A stretch of DNA of 64,000 nt from Rhynchopus sp. YZ270_cl-10. Lineage: Eukaryota. How positions within the stretch are numbered: position 1 is the first letter of the stretch; every line of letters begins with the position of its first letter. Made by a program: the position numbers and the translations under genes. Below the pieces are notes generated by a model, which was not told where the DNA came from, ran no database searches, and saw only the letters and a list, made by a program, of their open reading frames with translations. The DNA lies in NCBI GenBank assembly GCA_964035575.1, contig OZ037847.1:744001-808000 (forward strand), written 5' to 3'. Shown here one piece after another: positions 1-8,765 of the stretch.

Positions 1-2934
1 GCACCCCTGCATGATACCATTGGTTGGTGTGAAGGGTTCTCCCACAGACCCGTTGCACCGGAAGTGTCTCTTCATCTTCACATAAGCCTCTCTGAGTACC
101 GATAGCACCACTCCATTGAAGCCCAGTCTCGCTGCAAGGCACATCGCGATGTTGATGGGGACGGTATCAAAGCACTTCTTAAAGTCTATGGCTACTCCAA
201 AGATGTGTTCACCGGTGAGGTGTGCGCATTCTAACTGTGCTGCGAGGTGCCAGTACAAGTCCTCCGTCCCGTGTTTGGGCCTGCACCCGTGCAATCCTGC
301 AGGTGACAACTTGTCCAACCACGGAAAGGCGGATTGAGCACGTATCGATGCCCATATCCTATAGAGGACCGCCGTGATGGTGATGGGTCGTTGCGACAGG
401 GGGTCTCCATCACTGTCTGGTTTCGGGATTAGCGGCACCAGTGCTTGCATGAGGGCTTCAGGCCACACGCCGTCCCGTTCGACGGCATTTAGGCATTCCA
501 CAAGGATGGCGATGATAGAGTCAGGTAGCTGTTCCACTTCGTGTGCTCTCCATCCGTGCATGCCTGGTGAGGTGGTACGCTTCATACGTTTGAGTGCCTT
601 GTGTACATCTTCCACCTTGATGGGTTCACAAGTCATGTCTTCTGCCGCCGGTAGTACATCTTCGTACACTGCGAGGAAGGAGTCCCAACTTGGCTCGGGT
701 GAGGAGGCGTATTTTTGGAATATACCACCCCATGCCTGGTTGTCTCTGAGGAGGGAGTCAACCTTGGCTGGGTCAGCCGTGAGAGTGCCATCTTGTTGCT
801 TCATGAACGCTGCCGGCGTGGTGAAGCGGTCAGCCACATAGTCGAAGATGGCACCTTGACCTTTGCTCCCAACGTTTTGCATGGTGTGCTTCCAATGCAG
901 ACTGCGTTGTGCCTTCATGGCGGCAAAGGCTTCTCTCTGGGAGCCTTCGAGTTTCTCTAGGAGGCGGTGCAGGTAATCCACTCCGGGGTTTGGTACGAAG
1001 AGGGCCTCAGTGATCTCATCCCTCAGCGGGCCTCCTCGGAGTCGGGACAGCGCCTCCCACGCGTACCTCTCCCTGCGGGTCATTGCGTACGGCTTGTCCA
1101 CAAGCAGTCTGGCCCTTCCTATTTGGAGAAGCGTGCGTAGGTTTCCCATGACAGCGTCCCTCGCCCTTGTTAGCTTTGAGGACGCCCCATTTTTGCTGCT
1201 GTGCTTTGTGGCGTGCCTGGCCGTCTTCACAAGGGATGTCTCGCTTCGCCCGCAGTAATCAGAATGTGGGGACGCTATGCTGTCCTCATGGAGGAGGAGT
1301 AGGAACTTCTCACCCACCTCTGCAAACTCAGCAAGCTTGCTTTCTCCTGATGCCTCGCTCCTGTCGTTTTTCTCCAGCTGGCTAGCAAATGCCACCGCAG
1401 TCTCTGGGGTGTTCCTTGGTCTATCCAGTGGGAAGGGCTTGGGGAGCACGCATCTCCGGGTGCGGCCAGAATATACGTTTAGGTCGAGGGTGAAGGTGAG
1501 CGGTACATGTGTCGGGAAAGGGCAGTCGTCGAAGCTGGAGTCAACTGTCACTTTATAGATCGCTGGTGCTGCCGTCGCATTCGCCAGGCACATATCAATC
1601 CGCGTTCCGTTCGAGTTGGCCGTTCTGCAGGTGAAAGGTGGAGGGGTCCGTTGGGCAGCGGCTAGGCTCTCCGCCACATCAACCCATCTTCCAGATCTCT
1701 GCGCTGCCGCAAGAGTGACGCTATTGGAGGCGTTGCAGTTGAAGTCCCCGATGATGATGACTGGGACTGCGTGACCCAGGCCAGTTGCCATCTCCAATGC
1801 GTCCTTGATGAGTGCTTCTCGTTCGGCCGCCGCCTCCTGGCCTGCGTGTGCGTAGAGGGAGATGACGTGGAAGGCAGCCCCTGCGCCCACCGCAACAGCT
1901 GTGTGGACCACCCTCGTTGAATCGTGACAGCGTTTTTCCACCGGTGATTTAGGCGCGATGGTTTGCGCTATCAGGCCACTCTTGGTCATTATCGCCACGC
2001 CTCCCGGTGCGATTTGCTGGCGCTCGCCTCCTCCCGTCTTTGCGAGGGCCTTTCCCCAGTGTACCTCCCTTCCTTTTGCGTGGAAGTATTGCCCATGTGT
2101 GCCCATGTGTTCCTTCCCGACCCTTGTCTCCTGTAAGGCAAGGATATCAGCCGGGAGGTCAGCCACGTCACGGTGGTGCGTTTGCAGCGACGTTACGTTG
2201 ATGGTGGTGATGGTTAGGGGTCTGGGTGCGGGTGTAGGCGGAGCTCGGGGTTGCCGTCTGTTCCTGTTCGCCGGAGACGGTGCCTCGAGGGGGAGAATGC
2301 CGTTCTGACAGGCTCGTAGACTTCGGAGGAGAGCCATCGGGATTCTGAGTATGTCATAATGCTCAGGTCTGTACGTTAGTCCCAGCACACGGTTCCGTTG
2401 GGCAGGGCAGCCCTCACGTCGCAGTGTGCCACGACTTCCCGTGCTGGCGTTGAGGACCCATACCTCCGCCTTGAGGATCGTCGCTGCCGCCTGCAAGCAG
2501 AGGTGGTCCCCGTAGGTGCCGTCACGGCTCATGTGGTCCAGGTATATGCTGAACGAGGTCGTGGCTGCTGCCGGCCCGGCTTCATACAGGTACCTGGACT
2601 CTTCGTTTGTGCGCAGGTGGCTGATGACGTCTCTGCGCAAGGAGGCCGCACATATACTCCCGGTGCATTGTGAGGCGAGCGCCCTAAAGAGGCAGTTGCC
2701 GTCCCCAGGGATCACGTGACGGGAGGTGTGCAAGCTCGCTGCTGTCCGGTCCAGCCACACATTATTCTCTGCTCTCTCTGCAATAGGGTCATCCCCCCCG
2801 CCTCTCATATTTGTACGATGCTTCCCGCACGCGGACGCGTATCCAATCTTTGAGTCGATGCTCATCTCTGGAGATGCTGGCGTTGTCACAAGCGGGAGAT
2901 ATACTTTCGGAGGGACTGCTAGGGTCGCCGTCAT
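1..2934 (-). CDS. LINE ORF2 polyprotein (partial): OTU cysteine protease + APE endonuclease + reverse transcriptase
   Basis: Manual translation shows no stop from 3201 to 1; first in-frame ATG is 2934. OTU: VIPGDGNCLFRAL...MSRDGTYGDHLCLQAAA...EHYD (~2715-2350). APE: TINVTSL, ILALQET, GGVAI, IIIGDFN, TRID, FPTHVP (~2220-1500). RT: SPGMHG, LIPKP..QRPITI, AIDFKKCFDTV, GIMQGC at the window edge. Confidence 0.93.
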   Translation of the reverse strand, partial: MTATLAVPPKVYLPLVTTPASPEMSIDSKIGYASACGKHRTNMRGGGDDPIAERAENNVWLDRTAASLHTSRHVIPGDGNCLFRALASQCTGSICAASLRRDVISHLRTNEESRYLYEAGPAAATTSFSIYLDHMSRDGTYGDHLCLQAAATILKAEVWVLNASTGSRGTLRREGCPAQRNRVLGLTYRPEHYDILRIPMALLRSLRACQNGILPLEAPSPANRNRRQPRAPPTPAPRPLTITTINVTSLQTHHRDVADLPADILALQETRVGKEHMGTHGQYFHAKGREVHWGKALAKTGGGERQQIAPGGVAIMTKSGLIAQTIAPKSPVEKRCHDSTRVVHTAVAVGAGAAFHVISLYAHAGQEAAAEREALIKDALEMATGLGHAVPVIIIGDFNCNASNSVTLAAAQRSGRWVDVAESLAAAQRTPPPFTCRTANSNGTRIDMCLANATAAPAIYKVTVDSSFDDCPFPTHVPLTFTLDLNVYSGRTRRCVLPKPFPLDRPRNTPETAVAFASQLEKNDRSEASGESKLAEFAEVGEKFLLLLHEDSIASPHSDYCGRSETSLVKTARHATKHSSKNGASSKLTRARDAVMGNLRTLLQIGRARLLVDKPYAMTRRERYAWEALSRLRGGPLRDEITEALFVPNPGVDYLHRLLEKLEGSQREAFAAMKAQRSLHWKHTMQNVGSKGQGAIFDYVADRFTTPAAFMKQQDGTLTADPAKVDSLLRDNQAWGGIFQKYASSPEPSWDSFLAVYEDVLPAAEDMTCEPIKVEDVHKALKRMKRTTSPGMHGWRAHEVEQLPDSIIAILVECLNAVERDGVWPEALMQALVPLIPKPDSDGDPLSQRPITITAVLYRIWASIRAQSAFPWLDKLSPAGLHGCRPKHGTEDLYWHLAAQLECAHLTGEHIFGVAIDFKKCFDTVPINIAMCLAARLGFNGVVLSVLREAYVKMKRHFRCNGSVGEPFTPTNGIMQGC

Positions 2935-3052
2935 GAGAGGTAGGGGGATGATATGCTGAGGGTGCTGGGGTTGAAAGGATGGAAGTCGGGATGGAATGGT
3001 GATCGTTGGAGAGGGAGGGTTTGAGTTGTGTGAGGGGTTCGTTTGAACAGCC

Positions 3053-5176
3053 TCATTGCCGATCCTGATTGCGTTCACGGGGGACTGTTGCGAAGCTCGT
3101 GATGAGCGGCTGCCCTGCGGACTTGGTCCCCTTTGTCGCCGTCGGTCCCTTCCCTTTCCCTTCCTTCGCTTGTGGTTTCGGGCCCACGCTGTACGGCCCT
3201 GTCACGATCTTCTTAGCCCGGTTGAACGTATCGGCGATCTGTTCCATCCGTGTAGCCCGCGGCATTTCCCCCGCGCTCCGGGCGATGGACCTATCGTGGT
3301 TGTCGCTCGGGGCTGAGGTGGGCTTTTGCTGGGGGAGATTCGGCGGTGCCTCCTGCACCAGTGGCTTCAACTGCTGATGCGACGCTGGTGGTTGCTGCTC
3401 AGTCCTATCATGTGTGCTGACGACGTGTTCCAGCGCCGCTTCCACCTCACCATTGTGTTTGCACTGGTAACGCATCGCCTGCTCCTGGTCCTCCTTTATC
3501 CGTTGCGCTTCCCCGTCCACGGCGGCGAACTTGATGGTGGCGGCGTCAACCAGGTTGGCCGTACCCCGCTGTGTTTGCATCAGGGCCTCCTTCGTTTTGG
3601 CTTCGAGAGCGTGGTTGCGCTGCCGGGCCAATGCCGCCTCCTCCTCTGCTTGACTCCGGAGGAGGTTGACTTCGTTGCTGAGGCGGTTCGCTGCGGCTGT
3701 CAGCCTGTCGTCGGTCTGGTGCGCCTTCTTCAGGGCCTCTTCAGCCATGGCTGATACCACAACAGTATCAGCTGCCGCCTGCTGCGTGCGCCTGCCCTGT
3801 TCTTGCAGCCCTTCCTGGAGGTGGGGAACAGCGGCCTCAGCTCTCTTGTGTGCCTCCACGAGCTGTTCAGCCGTGCTGCTGGCGGTGGTAGCTTTCGCCG
3901 CAACCTCGGTTGTCCACGCGTGCAACTTCACGTACGCGGACTGCAGCTCCTCCGCCTGCTGGGTCTGCTGGCTTGCGGTTCTGGTTGACGTGTCTTGTGC
4001 CTTGTCTTGTGCCTGCGTCACTTGCATCACCCGTTCCTCCAACAGCTCCATTCTGACCGCTAGTTGGGTGGCAGCGGGTGCGCCGGACTGCACTCCAGAA
4101 ATGGCTTTGACGATGACCTGCTGCTCCTTCTTTTGGTTGTGGAGTTGAAGGCGGATGTCTTCCATTTCCTCCCTCTCAAAGGTAACGACCCTCAGATTAG
4201 TGGCGGTGGCTGCTTCGAGTGCATTGGTCGCCTGCTTTGCCGCGCGTTCCGCCTTCTTCTTCACTGCCTGCAGTTCCGTGGACACCCCCACCTGGTCAAC
4301 GGCCAGCGCCTTGGTGGCCCTCACCTCTTCGCGGAGCTGCTCGAGGAGGAGCTGCGTGCCTTCTGCGTTCTCCACTGCCTTCTCCGTCATCTGCCTTGTC
4401 ACGGCAGCTGCCTCCTCTTTCGCCCGCTGCAACGCAGCAGCAAACTCCTGCCGCAGCTGTGCAAGCTCAGGTGCAGGTGTAGTAGCGGGTGCAGTAGCGG
4501 GTGTAGCAGCGGGTGTAGCAGACACAGCAGGTGTAGCAGGCACAGCAGACACAGGTGCAGTAACCTCACTAGGCGCAGACGCAGCAGCAGTGGTGGTTGT
4601 GACTGGAACTGTAGGGGAGGGCAGTGGTGTGGCAGGTGTCGTGGGCGTTTGCTTGGTGCGGTCCTGGGCGATGACCTTCAGCACCGCGTGGAGGTGCGCG
4701 ACGGGGACGACGACGTCCTTCGCGGTGTAGCCCCTACCACCTCCCCGCCCACCTGTTCGCTTGACGCCTTGCAAGGCCGCCAACAGGGCCGCAATGGCGT
4801 CCTCGTGTGCGCGGTGCTCCTTCTTCAGCCGCTTTTCCTCCTCCCTCCTTTTCCGCTCGGCACGGATGGTGTCCATGTCCTGGATGGACATGCGGTGCCC
4901 GTTGATGTCGAGCTCTGTGTTGGGGGGCGGATGCGGGGCGGTGACCTGAAGGACGTCCGCCTTCCTGCCCGTCACCTCGGCTTCCCACTCCATCTGCTTC
5001 AGCATGGCCGTGGCCTGTGCCTGCAGGAAGCTGGAGGGGAAGGGGTGGATGCGGTATTCCCGCGGTGGTTGGAGTGTCAGCACGAGGGGGCGCACTACCT
5101 GCTGTCCGGCTTGTTCGCCGTCGAGAATCTCGACGTTGCCGGGGGATGCCGCATGGAGGCCAGCCGGGTTTTGCAT
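3053..5176 (-). CDS. LINE ORF1-like coiled-coil protein
   Basis: Open frame 3053-5341; likely ATG at 5176 (MQNPAG). A/E/Q-rich coiled coil with a P/A/T-rich linker, directly upstream of ORF2. No RRM or zinc knuckle recognised. Confidence 0.8.
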   Translation of the reverse strand: MQNPAGLHAASPGNVEILDGEQAGQQVVRPLVLTLQPPREYRIHPFPSSFLQAQATAMLKQMEWEAEVTGRKADVLQVTAPHPPPNTELDINGHRMSIQDMDTIRAERKRREEEKRLKKEHRAHEDAIAALLAALQGVKRTGGRGGGRGYTAKDVVVPVAHLHAVLKVIAQDRTKQTPTTPATPLPSPTVPVTTTTAAASAPSEVTAPVSAVPATPAVSATPAATPATAPATTPAPELAQLRQEFAAALQRAKEEAAAVTRQMTEKAVENAEGTQLLLEQLREEVRATKALAVDQVGVSTELQAVKKKAERAAKQATNALEAATATNLRVVTFEREEMEDIRLQLHNQKKEQQVIVKAISGVQSGAPAATQLAVRMELLEERVMQVTQAQDKAQDTSTRTASQQTQQAEELQSAYVKLHAWTTEVAAKATTASSTAEQLVEAHKRAEAAVPHLQEGLQEQGRRTQQAAADTVVVSAMAEEALKKAHQTDDRLTAAANRLSNEVNLLRSQAEEEAALARQRNHALEAKTKEALMQTQRGTANLVDAATIKFAAVDGEAQRIKEDQEQAMRYQCKHNGEVEAALEHVVSTHDRTEQQPPASHQQLKPLVQEAPPNLPQQKPTSAPSDNHDRSIARSAGEMPRATRMEQIADTFNRAKKIVTGPYSVGPKPQAKEGKGKGPTATKGTKSAGQPLITSFATVPRERNQDRQ

Positions 5177-5239
5177 TGTGATAGTGTTAATTTCCCTCGT
5201 TCCCCCAGGGTATGTGTGTGTGTGGGGGGGTTTCGTTTG

Positions 5240-5270
5240 CTGCGAAGAAGAAGAAGAAGAAAACAGGAAC
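5240..5270 (-). promoter_or_regulatory. Polypyrimidine tract + AG: candidate (trans-)splice acceptor ahead of LINE ORF1
   Basis: Minus strand reads ttcctgttttcttcttcttcttcttcgcAG about 64 nt before the ORF1 ATG. Confidence 0.5.
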
Positions 5271-5789
5271 CCCTTCTCCAGTTCACAGAGGTCTTGTTCC
5301 CATTGGGAGGGACTTAAAATTGTGGGAATTATGTGAACCAAAAAAATTGTTTCATATACTAACTATTCTACTGAATAGAAGGTATAATAGGGTACACTAA
5401 ATGTACCCTATGTGAACCAAAAAGAAAATTTATGATAAATGCGGCTCGCACGACCAACTGTGAGAAAGGGGTGTGGCCAAGACCAGGCAGAAAAGCCGGA
5501 TACGTTCAGACATGGAGAGTCCAACTCAGAGGTCAGGGGATGGGAGTGGGAGTGGGAGTAAGGGGGGATAGGACAAAACAGAAATCAGATCTTCTACGTA
5601 GGAAAGGCATGAATTTGTCATTAATATTTTATTTTAATTTTTTAGATCCTAACTTTTTAAGATTATTTTGAAGGCCCCAAGCAGGGGGGCGTCTTTTTCT
5701 ATTGGCTGTATTTCGTTATCACAAATGACAATGGAAGCAGGTACGAAAAAACCTCGCAATCATTTTTTGCAAAGTTTACCACAAAAAAA

Positions 5790-6884
5790 AAAAGGTGTGG
5801 ATTTTGTTCGTTTGCAGCAAAAGAGGTGTTCGTCGGTACAGAACGGTGTCCTGATGGGGGGGTAGAACGACGATGAATCAGGAAGGCCTTTACCTCGTGT
5901 GCAAACTGTGTGACCTTCGGAAGGCTGTTAGGTGGGTGTGGTTGTGGACGTGATATTGGAAACTACACGTGAACATATTTTATTTTTTTCTGAGAGGAAA
6001 TAGAACTGACGTCATATCGGCAAGCAAGAAAACGAAAAAGGGCAGCCGGTCATACAAAGACGAACATTGTTTTAATTACCAAAAGATAAAGTGAGGTTGA
6101 TAACACAAAACGCCTCTGGGACACAGGCACTGACACTCCTGCGGGTTATCGAACCCCGGAGTGTTACACTAAGTTGCTGACAGGGAAACTCTAAGCAAGC
6201 ACACTATTTCCCAGATAAAACTTGGAGTGTGAATATTCCTCCCTGTGCACAATCTTGGACCCTAAAACCAATGGGGATGGGGGGGAGGCAATACCTTGTG
6301 GAGGGAAGTAGTTCTGAGTCGTCTTCGTTCTCGAAGACTCTGTGGGGTTGCGGAAACCTGCAGTGGAAAAAAAAAGTGGAGTTGATAGAAAAGTATTGTT
6401 TGGTTTTAGACTACTCCATGGAACTGGCTGAGAAAAGTTGACTTGAAATATAAAGCCCTCTCATGACTGTGCACCTTGCGCATCGGAGGTGGACCTGAAA
6501 CCATGCTGTCCCTAGATTTCAAGGTGAACATCTGACGTCCTGATGGAAGAAAGCAACACGCATTGCTCACACAACTCCGCAGTTAACAAAAAATTTGCTT
6601 GCTTATAGACTACTATCACTAGATCGCCTTCACTGGATCCTTAAAAGAGAGCAAATATGGGGCACGCTTTGCAGTGCGCAGTAAACAAAATAAAAGTAAA
6701 GTAAAAAGTAAACCATACTGTCGGAAATAAACCCTTCTGGACCGCGGTGCTTCTCAGCCAAGGGTGGGTTGAGCCGCATCGAATGCAACGACTGCAGGTT
6801 GTTGATGCTCTTTAGATTCGCATCGGCAAGAGGGAATGCGGACTGTGTGTACGCACTACGAGGTGCAGAGCGGGATCTGGTGAA
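5790..6884 (-). other. Candidate small 3' exons of the LRR gene
   Basis: Segments bounded by AG and GT at ~6884-6714/6719, ~6358-6296 and ~5962-5894, plus an acceptor near 5849. They can be joined in phase 0 to the donor at 8864; the exact chain is unresolved. Confidence 0.35.
6434..6517. repeat. Dispersed repeat family, copy A (diverged)
   Basis: ttgacttgaaatataaagccctctcatgac...ggtggacc...aaccatgc aligns with copies B-F. Confidence 0.65.
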
Positions 6885-7459
6885 CTGTAGCGTATGTTGG
6901 AGTAAAGTGTGAAGCACGTTTCAAAACAGGGTGTGTATTGTTCTTCAAAAATAGTAACTCTGATAAGTAAAAGGAAAAAAGGTATTTTTCGTTGATTGTA
7001 CAATTACCCTGTTGGAGGGGTGATTGGCGACCGTATCTGAGGAACTATTTCTCCTTTAAGCTACGCTTGTAGGTATTTACACTCAATCCCAAATTTTTGT
7101 CCAAACTGGGTATTTTTTTAAATAAAGAACAACTATTCAAAACCGTAAAATTCTTGCTTTAATTGATTTTTCTGGTAAAACCTATGAACACGCAAAAAAA
7201 ATCGACCAGATTCGTTGAGTGACTAAAACCCAATCACCCATAGAGAGAGAGACCCAAAACGGTGATTTTCCCTGTAATTCCTTAAGGAATTGCCTTTGCC
7301 ATTTGAAAAAATATTATGACCGCAAAAATGGCAACATGTAATCTGTGATGCTCAAACGTGCAAAATTCTTGCTCCAATGGATTCTCTGGGTATATATTGT
7401 ACCTGGAGAATATGCTCATATCACTCTTCAGACCATCTGGGGTATGGTCACACACAGGT

Positions 7460-7936
7460 AGTATACACAGTATACACAGTATACACAGTATACACAGTAT
7501 ACACAGTATACACAGTATACACAGTATACACAGTATACACAGTATACACAGTATACACAGTATACACAGTATACACAGTATACACAGTATACACAGTATA
7601 CACAGTATACACAGTATACACAGTATACACAGTATACACAGTATACACAGTATACACAGTATACACAGTATACACAGTATACACAGTATACACAGTATAC
7701 ACAGTATACACAGTATACACAGTATACACAGTATACACAGTATACACAGTATACACAGTATACACAGTATACACAGTATACACAGTATACACAGTATACA
7801 CAGTATACACAGTATACACAGTATACACAGTATACACAGTATACACAGTATACACAGTATACACAGTACACAGTATACACAGTATACACAGTATACACAG
7901 TACACACAGTACACACAGTATACACAGTATACACAG
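7460..7936. repeat. Tandem 9-mer (AGTATACAC)n, ~53 copies
   Basis: Read directly from sequence. Confidence 0.98.
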
Positions 7937-7942
7937 GGGATT

Positions 7943-8243
7943 GTACAGTACAGTACAGTACAGTACAGTACAGTACAGTACAGTACAGTACAGTACAGTA
8001 CAGTACAGTACAGTACAGTACAGTACAGTACAGTACAGTACAGTACAGTACAGTACAGTACAGTACAGTACAGTACAGTACAGTACAGTACAGTACAGTA
8101 CAGTACAGTACAGTACAGTACAGTACAGTACAGTACAGTACAGTACAGTACAGTACAGTACAGTACAGTACAGTACAGTACAGTACAGTACAGTACAGTA
8201 CAGTACAGTACAGTACAGTACAGTACAGTACAGTACAGTACAG
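7943..8243. repeat. Microsatellite (CAGTA)n, ~60 copies
   Basis: Read directly from sequence. Confidence 0.98.
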
Positions 8244-8754
8244 TTAAAACCGGGCTCCGCTGAGTTCACCATATTTTTGCTCGATTTATTTAGTGGAGTA
8301 ACTAATTAGTAATCGTATTCTCGGACAAAAATTCGGGACGAGGTGTTAGATAATTCCCCTGTATTTTACTAAGGGAAAATCCCTAGTAAAATACAGGCAA
8401 AAATCCAGGTAAAAATCACTTTGTCTCGATTTTTTAGTAAAAATACAGGGTGCAACGAAACCAGAAAAAAACTTCGCCATTGGACGTTTCTGGGTTCCGA
8501 GCTTTTAACGCAAAAAAAACCTATTTTTTTTTCGCGAAATTTTTTGACTTAACACTGCTTGTGCTTAGAAAACCCGAATTTTTTACCTTTCAAAATTTCA
8601 TTTGAGGAACTCACAACGCGTCAAAACGAAAAGGTCGTTTTTGGCACTTTTAAAACCGGGCTCCGCTGAGTTCACCATATTTTTGCTCGATTTATTTAGT
8701 GGAGTAACTAATTAGTAATCGTATTCTCGGACAAAAATTCGGGACGAGGTGTTA
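8244..8754. repeat. 105-bp direct repeat pair (8244-8348 and 8650-8754)
   Basis: ttaaaaccgggctccgctgag...cgggacgaggtgtta occurs twice and appears identical. Confidence 0.92.
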
Positions 8755-8765
8755 AAAAAAAATGA

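Larger units (their letters stand above)
1..5340 (-). mobile_element. Non-LTR (LINE-type) retrotransposon with two ORFs; 3' part lies outside the window
   Basis: Coiled-coil ORF1 (5176-3053) followed by an uninterrupted ORF2 (2934 to <1) with APE and RT motifs. GC-rich block ends abruptly in AT-rich DNA near 5330; the 5' boundary is approximate. Confidence 0.93.

Noticed and set aside
3054..3056. ATG overlapping the ORF1 stop as the ORF2 start
   Set aside because: Not in the OTU/APE/RT reading frame.
4064..5317. 417-aa and neighbouring plus-strand ORFs
   Set aside because: Antisense shadows of LINE ORF1.
7460..8243. Possible CRISPR array or telomere
   Set aside because: No unique spacers, no cas genes and no telomere-like G-rich unit; internal eukaryotic context.
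7282..8309. ORFs of SIH/YTV/CIL/QYSTV repeats
   Set aside because: Translations of stop-free tandem DNA repeats; the same applies to the ORFs over 12982-13134, 32631-32895 and 53833-54407.
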